Part shown: in pieces, positions 1 to 8,826 of the stretch
Position numbering within the stretch: position 1 is the first letter of the stretch
How the letters are laid out: each line of letters begins with the position of its first letter
Assembly (NCBI GenBank): GCA_949286415.1
Contig: CASEBV010000016.1
Location: 12,967 to 76,966, forward strand
Direction: 5' to 3'
DNA from: an uncultured Bacteroidales bacterium
Lineage (GTDB): Bacteria; Bacteroidota; Bacteroidia; Bacteroidales; UBA932
Length of the DNA stretch: 64,000 nt
Made by a program: the position numbers and the translations under genes
The notes under the pieces: model-generated
Told to the model about the DNA's origin: nothing
What the model saw: the letters and a program-made list of their open reading frames with translations, nothing else
Database searches by the model: none

Positions 1-359
1 TATTCAATAAGGTATGGTGGGCAGTATGCCCGTTGTCCAACAAATTCATTCATGATGCAGAGCCTCCGGTGCGACTTATGCGCAGGCATGGTCTTAAGCT
101 GACGGTGGGAACAGATTCTTTGTCCAGCAATGATACCCTTGACATGGTGGCGGAGCTCCATTGCCTGCAGACATCTTTCCCTGACATACCTTTGGGCGAG
201 ATGCTCGGATGGGCGTGCCGCAACGGGGCGGAATTTCTCTCCAAAGACGATGTCCTCGGGACGATAGAGGCAGGGAAAAAGCCGGGTATCGTACTGGTGG
301 ACAACCTTGACGGAGACGGAAAGCTTACATCCGGCAGCACTTCCGTGCGGCTGATATGA
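1..359 (+). CDS. amidohydrolase-family protein, C-terminal fragment (5' end lies upstream of the window)
   Basis: The frame is open from nt 3 to the stop at 357-359, so the TTG at 33 in the ORF track is internal. The sequence GTDSLSSNDTLDM...GTIEAGKKPGIVLVD resembles the C-terminal end of metal-dependent amidohydrolases/chlorohydrolases. Confidence 0.55.
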   Translation, partial: FNKVWWAVCPLSNKFIHDAEPPVRLMRRHGLKLTVGTDSLSSNDTLDMVAELHCLQTSFPDIPLGEMLGWACRNGAEFLSKDDVLGTIEAGKKPGIVLVDNLDGDGKLTSGSTSVRLI

Positions 360-375
360 TTTTGGCATGGAGCCG

Positions 376-425
376 ATATTTGTGACAGGAAGTCTATATT
401 TGTGACAGGGATTCTATTTTTGGGA
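376..425 (+). repeat. 20-bp tandem direct repeat (two perfect 14-nt cores ATATTTGTGACAGG at 376-389 and 396-409, plus a degenerate third unit from 416)
   Basis: Read directly from the sequence: gATATTTGTGACAGGaagtctATATTTGTGACAGGgattctATTTTTGGGA, ending 3 nt before the ATG at 428. Confidence 0.85.
395..422 (+). promoter_or_regulatory. two candidate Bacteroides-type -7 boxes (TATATTTG 395-402, TATTTTTG 415-422) upstream of the radical SAM gene
   Basis: Both match TAnnTTTG and sit inside the tandem repeat. The second box ends only 5 nt before the ATG at 428. Confidence 0.4.
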
Positions 426-427
426 AT

Positions 428-1189
428 ATGCTTCATTTTGACCAGATAGCTTTCGGACCCATACACAGCAGGCGCCTCGGGGCTTCGCTCGGTGTGAATA
501 TTCTGCCGGCCGAGGGTAAACTGTGCAATTTTGACTGCATATATTGCGAATGCGGATGGAACCGCGACGGGGCATCGGGAAAGAAGATATTTCCGACAGT
601 GCATGATGTCCGGAAAGCATTGGAAGTGAAGCTGAAACAGTGTCAGCAAGAACATCTGCGCATAGATTCCATAACATTTTCCGGCAACGGGGAGCCTACT
701 CTGAATCCTGACTTTCCGGCGATAACCGATGTTACCCTGGAACTCAGGGACAGATTTTTCCCCCACGCCAAGGTTTCAGTCCTGTCCAATGCCACCACCC
801 TTGGCCGTAAGGGTGTGCTTGAAGCCTTGAAGCGGGTTGACAATCCGATAATGAAGATTGATGCAGGGGATGATGACGGGGTACGGCTGGTCAACAGGCC
901 TTCCTCCGGTTATTCGCTTGAGGAGACCGTATCCCTGCTGGAGCAGTTCGGAGGGAATTTCATTCTCCAGACAATGTTTCTCGGAGGACCTGACTTCATT
1001 ACTTCCTCTCCCGGCAATCTTGGCCGTTGGATGGACATTGTCAGGAGACTGCATCCAAGGGAAATTATGGTTTATACGATTGACAGGGAGACTCCGATGA
1101 AGGGTCTCAGGAAGTTCTCGGCAGAACAGATGGAGGCCTTGACCCGTCCTTTGGCGGATGAGGGATTCCATATACAGATCAGGGGATAA
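428..1189 (+). CDS. radical SAM protein
   Basis: 253-aa ORF with the canonical CxxxCxxC cluster (CNFDCIYC) near the N-terminus. The stop overlaps the dtd start (TAATG). Confidence 0.8.
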   Translation: MLHFDQIAFGPIHSRRLGASLGVNILPAEGKLCNFDCIYCECGWNRDGASGKKIFPTVHDVRKALEVKLKQCQQEHLRIDSITFSGNGEPTLNPDFPAITDVTLELRDRFFPHAKVSVLSNATTLGRKGVLEALKRVDNPIMKIDAGDDDGVRLVNRPSSGYSLEETVSLLEQFGGNFILQTMFLGGPDFITSSPGNLGRWMDIVRRLHPREIMVYTIDRETPMKGLRKFSAEQMEALTRPLADEGFHIQIRG

Positions 1190-1647
1190 TGAGAGTTGTG
1201 GTTCAAAGAGTGTCGGAGGCATCCGTAGGGGTGCAGGAGCAGGGCTACAGGGCATCGGTCGGTCCGGGGCTGCTGGTTCTTGCTGCTTTTGTTGATGAAG
1301 ATGATGAGCCGGACTTGTCGTGGATTGTCCGTAAGATTGTATCCCTGAGGATTTTTGACGATGAGTCAGGGGTAATGAACCTTTCGGTGGCTGATGTCGG
1401 CGGGGAAGTGATGGCAATAAGCCAGTTCACTTTATATGCCATGACTGCAAGGGGCAACCGCCCTTCCTATATAAGGGCTGCAAAACCTGAGACGGCCGAG
1501 CCTCTTTATGAGAAGTTCTGCAGAATGCTGTCTGAAAGCCTTGGCCGTCCTGTCCGGACTGGTATTTTCGGGGCGGACATGAAAGTACGCCTTCTGAATG
1601 ACGGGCCGGTGACAATAATAATGGATTCTAAGAATAAAGATATATGA
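1189..1647 (+). CDS. dtd: D-aminoacyl-tRNA deacylase
   Basis: 152 aa. MRVVVQRVSEASV...SQFTLYA...GNRPSY...FGADMKVRLLNDGPVT is typical Dtd sequence and length. Confidence 0.92.
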   Translation: MRVVVQRVSEASVGVQEQGYRASVGPGLLVLAAFVDEDDEPDLSWIVRKIVSLRIFDDESGVMNLSVADVGGEVMAISQFTLYAMTARGNRPSYIRAAKPETAEPLYEKFCRMLSESLGRPVRTGIFGADMKVRLLNDGPVTIIMDSKNKDI

Positions 1648-2537
1648 ATGAATTGCTGAACAAATACGGATATGTCCCTGATAAGGTGAAGATAGACCGT
1701 GCGCTTGAAATCATTGCGTCCAATCTTGAGACTGTAGCCTCTGATACCGTGCTCAAAGAGTGCTTTTCAATGATGGACCTTACTTCATTGAAGACAGATG
1801 ACACGAAAGAATCTGTGGCAAGACTTGTGGAAAAGGTGAATGATTTCAGAACGGACTATCCGGACTGGCCATTGCCGGCATCTGTCTGTGTATATCCCAA
1901 TTTTGCTTCTACGGTCCGTGAGACAAGGGCATCGGATGATGTCCATGTCACTGTGGTCGCAGGATGTTTCCCTTCGTCGCAGAGTTTTCTTGAAGTTAAG
2001 CTCAAGGAATGCGAACTGGCAGTGAAATACGGGGCGGATGAAGTGGATATTGTCTTGGCTCTCAATTCTTTCCTTGCCTCAGACGAGGATTCTGCCGCTG
2101 AAGAAATCAGACAGATAAGGCGCTGCATCGATGACACCGCTGCATCTCAGGGCCGGAAAGTGATTCTGAAGGTGATACTTGAGACCGGCCTGATTCTGAA
2201 TCTTGAAAGAATTGCGGAGGCTTCATTTCTTGCCATGGAAGCCGGCGCGGATTTCATAAAGACATCCACAGGCAAGGTGAGTGTAAATGCCACTCCGGCC
2301 GCAGCATATGTGATGTGTGAATGCATTTCCAGATATTATGCTGCAACAGGAAGAAAAGTGGGCTTCAAGCCGGCAGGCGGCATATCATCGGCAATGGATG
2401 CCGTATCCTATTATTCAATAGTTTCCGCCGTACTCGGAAAGGGCTGGCTGACCAAAGATTTTTTCCGTCTCGGGGTAAGCCGTCTTGCGAACAATATTCT
2501 TTCGGAAGTCAGAAATATGACGGTGTCATATTTTTGA
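1644..2537 (+). CDS. deoC: deoxyribose-phosphate aldolase (long form)
   Basis: 297 aa. Contains DeoC-like motifs (VCVYP, ADEVDIVL, FIKTSTGK with the Schiff-base Lys). The ATGA overlap with dtd suggests translational coupling. Confidence 0.88.
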   Translation: MNELLNKYGYVPDKVKIDRALEIIASNLETVASDTVLKECFSMMDLTSLKTDDTKESVARLVEKVNDFRTDYPDWPLPASVCVYPNFASTVRETRASDDVHVTVVAGCFPSSQSFLEVKLKECELAVKYGADEVDIVLALNSFLASDEDSAAEEIRQIRRCIDDTAASQGRKVILKVILETGLILNLERIAEASFLAMEAGADFIKTSTGKVSVNATPAAAYVMCECISRYYAATGRKVGFKPAGGISSAMDAVSYYSIVSAVLGKGWLTKDFFRLGVSRLANNILSEVRNMTVSYF

Positions 2538-2606
2538 TAATACGCAATGGGTTCATAATAAGTCCATTGTGGCCGCATTTCTGTTTTTTGACAAGGCTGC
2601 GGCCTT

Positions 2607-2649
2607 AAAAATCGCCCTCCGGATATGCTGGAAGGGCGATTTTTGTTTT
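2607..2649 (+). terminator. rho-independent terminator after deoC
   Basis: Perfect 11-bp stem AAAATCGCCCT (2607-2617) / AGGGCGATTTT (2633-2643), followed by a T-rich tail TTTTGTTTT. Confidence 0.75.
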
Positions 2650-2685
2650 AATCGTTTCTTTTTCATGAACACGGATAGTACGGGA

Positions 2686-2693
2686 TATTTTTG
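2686..2693 (+). promoter_or_regulatory. candidate -7 box TATTTTTG for the lipoprotein/pilus-like locus
   Basis: Matches TAnnTTTG, 25 nt upstream of the ATG at 2718. Confidence 0.45.
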
Positions 2694-2717
2694 CATCTGA
2701 ATTTAATAACAGATGCC

Positions 2718-4292
2718 ATGAAAAGATATCTTGTATTGCCGATGCTGCTCATGACTGTTCTGTCATGCAGCAAAGACGGGACTGCCGGTCCCGATGCGGG
2801 AAAGGTTCCGCATGATGACTATTTTCTTGCCCATGACATGATTGTTCTCGGGGAAAAGCTTCAGAATCCCTACAAGACGGAAAATGTCAGAAGGGCCTAT
2901 GCTTCATTGTATCCGACGCGTTCCGGATCCGATATAAGTACAAACAATCTCTATGTGAGATTTTTGCCGGAGGATTCATCAGAATATGGCATTCTCGAGG
3001 ATCTTGGCCTTGAACTCTTTGATCATCCGGTTGATTATGCCATCATCACGGACGGCGACTATTACCACGACCCGACCATAGATGAGGAGTCATTCACATG
3101 GCAATATGCCGTGGTCCCGGAAGACTTTGAGTTTCCGGATGTAAGATATGAGATTCTGGACGAATGCTTCATCGCGGACTCGGATATCACGACACGGTCC
3201 GGCGAAACCATTGACTGGGATGCCCTTGAAGCGGAAGCATACCGGATGACGGGAAATGCGGACAGGCTCCTGCCTGAAACAAAGGCCAGGAAGGCCAAGC
3301 CGTCAGGACGCATAACGATAACAGACCCCCATGCCAACGGCGGAAAGCCATTCGGTGTATCCGGGGTAAGGGTGCGCTGCAATACTTTTGTCAAGATTGC
3401 CACGGCCTACACGGACAGGGACGGATATTATCAGATGTCAAAAAATTTTTCGGCCAAGGTGAATTACCGCCTCGTATTTAAAAATGAAAAAGGTTTTGCC
3501 ATCGGTTTCAATAAAGTTATAGTACCGGCATCCACATCTGCCCTGGGCAAGGCCGAACCGCAGGGACTTTCCGTCACCGTATCGACAGCCTCGGACAGGA
3601 AACTGTTCAACAGAAGTGTCGTGAACAACGCCGCCTATGATTATATCACCCGATGTGCGGATAATGACATGGGCATAGCTCCGCCTCCGTCTGACTTGAG
3701 GATATGGCTGTTCTCTGACCTGACAGCGAGCAGTGCCGTGATGATTCATCATGGAGCCGTAGTGGAAGGACATCTGCTGTCAGGCTTTCTCGGAGTCTTT
3801 TCAGGCATCATATCATATTTTGCCCCGGACATTACCATAGGTACGGACGGAAATCCGGAATACAGGGACCTGTATAGCACGACATGCCATGAGCTGGCTC
3901 ATGCCAGTCATTTTTCAAAGGCGGGGAAAACATTCTGGAACAATTACATCCTCTTTGTCCTGTCTTCATGGATATCGTCAGGAGGCACAACATACGGGGA
4001 TGGCACCGAACCTCTTGCGGGATATTGCGAAGTCGGCGAAATGTGGGCCTATTATCTTGAGAGCAAGATGTATAAGGAGCGTTATGGAGGGCAGACTCCT
4101 TCTTTCGGAACATCATTCTGGTTCCGCCCGCAGATATTCCGGTATCTTGACGACAGGGGCATTTCAAGGGCTGATATTTTCCAGGCTCTGGAAGCTGATG
4201 TCACTGACATCGCGATTCTTGAAGAAAGGCTCAGGGAAGTCTGTCCCGGAAAAGAGTCTGTGATAGAGCAGGCATTCAACAGATACGATTAA
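2718..4292 (+). CDS. lipoprotein with a CarboxypepD_reg-like beta-sandwich segment and a C-terminal HExxH (putative zinc metallopeptidase) region
   Basis: ATG at 2718 (the TTG at 2691 in the track is probably not the start). The signal peptide ends in the lipobox LSC (MKRYLVLPMLLMTVLSCSKDG). GRITITD...GVSGVRVRC...AYTDRDGYYQM resembles carboxypeptidase-regulatory-like domains. HELAH lies at nt 3888-3902, with a downstream acidic EVGEMWAYY. Confidence 0.6.
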   Translation: MKRYLVLPMLLMTVLSCSKDGTAGPDAGKVPHDDYFLAHDMIVLGEKLQNPYKTENVRRAYASLYPTRSGSDISTNNLYVRFLPEDSSEYGILEDLGLELFDHPVDYAIITDGDYYHDPTIDEESFTWQYAVVPEDFEFPDVRYEILDECFIADSDITTRSGETIDWDALEAEAYRMTGNADRLLPETKARKAKPSGRITITDPHANGGKPFGVSGVRVRCNTFVKIATAYTDRDGYYQMSKNFSAKVNYRLVFKNEKGFAIGFNKVIVPASTSALGKAEPQGLSVTVSTASDRKLFNRSVVNNAAYDYITRCADNDMGIAPPPSDLRIWLFSDLTASSAVMIHHGAVVEGHLLSGFLGVFSGIISYFAPDITIGTDGNPEYRDLYSTTCHELAHASHFSKAGKTFWNNYILFVLSSWISSGGTTYGDGTEPLAGYCEVGEMWAYYLESKMYKERYGGQTPSFGTSFWFRPQIFRYLDDRGISRADIFQALEADVTDIAILEERLREVCPGKESVIEQAFNRYD

Positions 4293-4314
4293 TCAACTCA
4301 AAACAGCAATAATC

Positions 4315-4875
4315 ATGAGGATACTGAAATATTGTCTTGTACTTGCCTGTATGGCAGTTATGTCCGCCACCGGGGCAGAGGCCAGAAGATTTGCAGTGTC
4401 AACCAATCTTGCAGGCTATGCCAATCTCGGGACTCTGAATGCCGAGCTTGCATATTCTTTCGCGAGAAGGTGGACGGTAAATGCCGGAGTGAAATACAAT
4501 CCGTGGACATTCAGGGCTTCCGGGCGCCAGTTCCAGAACAGGCAGCAGTCGTATTCGGCGGGAGCAAGGTTCTGGCCCTGGCATGTCTATTCCGGGTGGT
4601 GGATTGCGGGCAAACTTCAGTATCAGGAATACAATACAGGAGGCATAATATCCCGCAGGACAGAAGAGGGAGACAGAGCGGGGGCAGGATTGACTGCGGG
4701 ATATACTTATATGCTGCATCCGAATCTGAACATTGAATTCGGAATAGGCCTGTGGGCCGGGGTGAAATGGTATGTTGAATATGCCTGTCCCGCGTGCGGC
4801 CTGACCCTGTCGTCAGGGAGGAAGGGATTCATTCTTCCGAATGATCTGCTGATATCCATTTCGTATGTTTTCTGA
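4315..4875 (+). CDS. DUF3575-family small outer-membrane beta-barrel protein
   Basis: 186 aa with a signal peptide. STNLAGYANLGTLNAELAY...YNPWTF...GAGLTAGYTYML...YACPACG...ISISYVF matches my recollection of the DUF3575 signature found at the head of Bacteroidia fimbria-like loci. Confidence 0.75.
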   Translation: MRILKYCLVLACMAVMSATGAEARRFAVSTNLAGYANLGTLNAELAYSFARRWTVNAGVKYNPWTFRASGRQFQNRQQSYSAGARFWPWHVYSGWWIAGKLQYQEYNTGGIISRRTEEGDRAGAGLTAGYTYMLHPNLNIEFGIGLWAGVKWYVEYACPACGLTLSSGRKGFILPNDLLISISYVF

Positions 4876-4889
4876 ACAGTTCTGGCATT

Positions 4890-6845
4890 ATGGACAAGAA
4901 ACGATATGTCAGCGGAAATTTCGCCTCGGGTATTTCCGCCTGTATGGTGGCAGCGGTTGCGTCGCTTCTTCTGCCGGCGTCGTGCGGCGTGGGAAGCAAG
5001 GTCTCCGATATTCTGGACAGGGATGTCCATGTCGGGATGTCTATTCCATGGGAAGAGGACAGGCTGGCTGCAGATGACGGATGGGAAGACGGGTGCGGCG
5101 TAGTGCGGGATACAACTGACAAAGACCGGGATGGCGGAGGCGATCCGCTGATAATGAATGCTGTGCGTGAAACTTCTACCGGAGACATGGTCGCGACTGA
5201 TGTGATTTCAGCTTCGCGGGTTGTCGCAAGATTCCGGAATGTGGCGGAACGCGGCGGGGCGGTGTCTCTTGAATTTGACATTACCGTTCCTCCGGACATG
5301 ATAGACTCAAGGTGGAAACTGAAATTCCTCCCGAAGATGGATGCCATGGGCCGAAAATCATCGCTGGAGCCGTTGTATATCACCGGCGAGCGGTATCGTG
5401 CGGCTCAGCTGCGCGGGTATGAGAGGTATCAGGCATTTCTTGCATCAATCATCACTGACAGTTCAGTCTTCGTGAGGACCGACCAGCTTGAGAAATTTCT
5501 GATGCGGTATTATCCGGGGATATATGCCATGAAGACAGATTCGTCATTTGTGTCTGATCCGGAGGCTGAAAACCTGTTCGGCGTAAGTCAGCGCGAGGCT
5601 CTTGAGCATTACACCAGACATGCACTCGTGCAAAGGAATGAAAATAGAAAAAAGTCAAGGGAAACTATGTTCCGGAAATATGTGAAGGATCCCATTGTTT
5701 CCGAAGGGCTGAGGCTGGATACGGTGCTGGCAGGAGCTGACGGGGCACTGTGCTACAGATATGTGCAGAATGTGCGCAGCTTTCCGGGACTGAGGAAAAT
5801 TACTGTATCTCTTGACGGGGAAGTGTATGCGGACGGCAAGAGGCTGCTTGCCCTGCATCATCCCGACTCTCTTGTCTTCTATGTCAGCAGCCTGTCTTCC
5901 CTTGTGGATGATACGCCGAAATATCAGACGGTAGTCCGGTACCGCAGAATCTATGACAACACCAGTGCTTTCATCGACTTCAGCCAGGGCTCGGCCGAAA
6001 TTGATACTCTCCTTGAAGGCAATGTCTCGGAATTGAGCCGTATCAGAAAGTGTATTGAAGACATATCCTCAAAGGCTGAATATGTACTGGATTCAATGAC
6101 TGTGACCGCATCATGTTCTCCCGAAGGAGATTACGGATTCAATTCCCGGCTTGCCGGAGCCAGGGCCTTGTCTGTCCTTGATTTTGTCAGGTCAGAATTT
6201 CCGGACAGTCTTCATCCGAGGCTGAGGACGGCATCAGTCCCTGAAAATTGGGACAGGATGAAGCTGCTGGTCCGGAACGACAGCACCCTGTCTCCTGTCA
6301 TCAGGGACAAGATTATGTCAGTCTCTCCCGCTTGCGACAAAGACTCGGCGGAAACGGCGCTTTCGTCATTGCCCGGGTATATTTATCTGAGGGAGAAAAT
6401 CTATCCCAGGCTGAGGAGTGTGAAGTTTGAGTTCTGGCTTCACCGTCCTGACATGGCGAAAGATACTGTGCATACCGCTGAACTGGATACGGCATATATG
6501 TCCGGCGTTGAGGCAATACGGAATCTGGACTACAGGAAGGCTGTCTCGCTTCTTCGGCAATATTCGGATTACAACAGCGCCCTGGCTTGCCTTTCAGCCG
6601 GATATGAAGAAACTGCACTTGAGATACTTGCGGGCATACGTCAGAAATCCGCCAAGGCCAATTATCTGGCGGCACTCGTGATGGCAAGGCTTGACATGAA
6701 GGCCGAAGCCATGGAGTATTACAGCAGGAGCGTAATTCAGGATCCCTCGATGAGATTCAGGGCGAATCTTGATCCGGAACTTTCCCCTCTGTTGAGAAAA
6801 TCGAATGATGAAGAAACATATATTACCGATAAATTATCAGTTACA
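4890..6845 (+). CDS. DUF3868-like / OmpA_C-like lipoprotein with a TPR-like C-terminus; no stop codon of its own (reads in frame into the next gene)
   Basis: Lipobox LPASC near the N-terminus. An OmpA_C-like segment is present (SCSPEGDYGFNSRLAGARALSVLDFV), and the tail is TPR-like (YRKAVSLLRQY...AMEYYSRSVIQDP). The ORF track shows one 975-aa ORF spanning 4890-7817. Confidence 0.55.
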
Positions 6846-7817
6846 ATGAAAAAGACATTTATTACAGGTGCAGCCGCAGTCTTCTTTTTGGCGGCATGTA
6901 CACAAGAGCCCCGGCCGATGTGTCAGGAGTCTCTGGAAAAAGTTGAATTGAGTGTGACGGTTCCTGTCTCCTCCATGACAAAAGTGACGGATATAGGGAA
7001 TGAGAATGCCGTCAACAGGGTGCAGGTCTTTGTATTCAGGGAAGACGGGAGCATTGACGCCTGGAGCATTGCCGAGTCTGACAGTCTTGTCATTGACTGT
7101 ACTGCCGGGGACAGGGAAGTCGTGGCTGTCGTGAATGCGCCGAGGATAGTGAATATATTCAATATTGATGCGCTTAAGGAAGAAGTTTCGGACCTGCAGG
7201 ACAATTCTGTCGGCTCGCTTGTGATGTCAGGGAGCAAAAAAGTGACATTGTCGGCATCGGCAAGTATTACCGTGCCGGTCAGACGACTCGTGGCAAGGGT
7301 TTCCATTGAGCGGATTGTGACTGACTTTGCTCTGGAGCAGTATCGCAATTCTGAATTCATTATCAAAGGAATCTATCTGACCAATGTCGCCGGGGATGTC
7401 CATTATATCGGCGATGAGGCTCCTTCCTATTGGCACAATTCACAAGGGAAAGACCTGCTTGAACAGGAACTCATTGAAACAGGCGAAATGTCCGAACCGG
7501 TGGTCTCCGGCATCCCGTATGATACTCCGCATTATTTCTACTGCTGCCCGAATCCATATCTTGCGGATTCTTACGCGGAGGAATGGAGCCCACGCCATAC
7601 CAGACTTGTCGTCGAGGCCAGTCTCTCCGGAAGAATATGCTATTATACCATGACAATGCCAGTGATAGAATCCAACCATCTGTATACAGTCACGGAACTC
7701 CGGATTACAAGGCCCGGGTCTTCGGATCCGGAACAGGAAATGCTGCCTGGAGACGCATCATTTACAATTGAGGTGGAAGACTGGGAAGAAGGCTATACCG
7801 GTCAGTTTGAAATTTAA
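6846..7817 (+). CDS. fimbrillin (FimA/Mfa-like, type V pilin fold) lipoprotein
   Basis: An internal ATG at 6846 opens a complete lipoprotein signal peptide (MKKTFITGAAAVFFLAACTQ). It carries pilin-like motifs: NRVQVFVF, VRRLVARVSIE, HLYTVTEL, VEDWEEG. Length is 323 aa. Confidence 0.6.
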   Translation: MKKTFITGAAAVFFLAACTQEPRPMCQESLEKVELSVTVPVSSMTKVTDIGNENAVNRVQVFVFREDGSIDAWSIAESDSLVIDCTAGDREVVAVVNAPRIVNIFNIDALKEEVSDLQDNSVGSLVMSGSKKVTLSASASITVPVRRLVARVSIERIVTDFALEQYRNSEFIIKGIYLTNVAGDVHYIGDEAPSYWHNSQGKDLLEQELIETGEMSEPVVSGIPYDTPHYFYCCPNPYLADSYAEEWSPRHTRLVVEASLSGRICYYTMTMPVIESNHLYTVTELRITRPGSSDPEQEMLPGDASFTIEVEDWEEGYTGQFEI

Positions 7818-7833
7818 ATAAAATATGGCTGAA

Positions 7834-8625
7834 ATGAAAAGAAAGATATCGCCCGCAGTGTTATTGTTGTGTATGGTCTTCATGATGCCCGCAGGGTGTT
7901 CGGTGAAGGAGAACAGAGGGGATTGCCCGTGCTGCATAATGTTTGACTTCAGTGGGGTGGATACGGATGTCATTGATTCAGTGTATCTGAGCGTGACATC
8001 GGCGGACGGCTTTCTTTTCTCTGATAATGTGCTGCAAGAATCTTTTGCCGACGATTATTGTGTCAGAGTGCCACGCGGGGAAGTTAATGTCAATGTCAAC
8101 AACGGTACGGAAGGGCTTTATGTGGATGGGCGCGGGCTGGCGATTCCATACGGAAGCCAGTGTCCTCCTGTCTATATGTACAGCATAAGACTGGATGCAG
8201 ATCGGGAGTCTTGTGAATGCATGCCTTTCCCGGCCAAGAATTATTGCGGCATTATTCTGCATCTGGTGTGTGAAGAAGATCCGGATCTGCCTTTTTCTCT
8301 GCGGATAACAGGCAATGTGTGCGGGTATGATGTCATAGGCCGGCCGCTCGACGGGGATTTTTCATATATCCCGGAACTGGCTCCGGACGGTGTCTGCTCG
8401 GCCCGCATCCCGCGCCAGAAAGACAATTCCCTGTCTTTGGAAATAGTTGAGGACGGCATGGTGCTCAGAAGGTTTGCTCTGGGTAACATAATGGCTGAAA
8501 GCGGATATGACTGGTCAGCCGAAAGCCTCGGTGACATGGAGCTGACGGTGAATTATTCCAAGACTGATGTGACATTCATTGTGGATGACTGGGAAAAGGA
8601 ATTCGTGTTTGACATCACTATCTGA
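7834..8625 (+). CDS. lipoprotein, possibly a FimB/Mfa2-like pilus anchor/terminator subunit
   Basis: Signal peptide plus lipobox (MKRKISPAVLLLCMVFMMPAGCS) and a Cys-rich start to the mature protein (GDCPCCIMFDF). It sits directly after the pilin-like gene. The family call rests mainly on context. Confidence 0.4.
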   Translation: MKRKISPAVLLLCMVFMMPAGCSVKENRGDCPCCIMFDFSGVDTDVIDSVYLSVTSADGFLFSDNVLQESFADDYCVRVPRGEVNVNVNNGTEGLYVDGRGLAIPYGSQCPPVYMYSIRLDADRESCECMPFPAKNYCGIILHLVCEEDPDLPFSLRITGNVCGYDVIGRPLDGDFSYIPELAPDGVCSARIPRQKDNSLSLEIVEDGMVLRRFALGNIMAESGYDWSAESLGDMELTVNYSKTDVTFIVDDWEKEFVFDITI

Positions 8626-8699
8626 CATTCGCAATTGACAAAAATTGAAGATATTTTAAAGATGTTTTCAAAAAATAGTATGAATTAAAAAATCTTTTG

Positions 8700-8707
8700 T
8701 ATCTTTG
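8700..8707 (+). promoter_or_regulatory. candidate -7 box TATCTTTG for tRNA-Leu
   Basis: Matches TAnnTTTG. It ends 14 nt before the first nucleotide of the tRNA. Confidence 0.55.
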
Positions 8708-8721
8708 CAGCCACTTTTGAG

Positions 8722-8805
8722 GCGCGGGTGGCGAAATTGGTAGACGCGCTACTCTCAGGAGGTAGTGCCAGAAATGGCGTGTCAGTTCGACTCTGATCCC
8801 GCGCA
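8722..8805 (+). tRNA. tRNA-Leu (anticodon CAG)
   Basis: Hand-folded cloverleaf. Acceptor stem GCGCGGG/CCCGCGC with discriminator A. Anticodon stem CTACT/GGTAG with loop CT-CAG-GA. Long variable arm (class II). T-loop TTCGACT. No encoded CCA. Confidence 0.9.
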
Positions 8806-8826
8806 CTCCGGTAGGCGGTCCGCTTC

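Noticed and set aside
50-766. 238-aa minus-strand ORF spanning the amidohydrolase 3' end, the intergenic repeat and the radical SAM 5' end
   Set aside because: It is antisense to two ORFs with recognisable family motifs and crosses a promoter region. Its composition is low-complexity and Ser/Arg/Pro-rich, typical of shadow ORFs opposite real genes.
6780-6850. Programmed ribosomal frameshift or stop-codon read-through at the DUF3868-like/pilin junction
   Set aside because: There is no stop codon to read through, no slippery heptamer (X XXY YYZ), and no downstream structure that I could see. A stop-loss or indel with internal initiation is the simpler explanation (reported as a finding).
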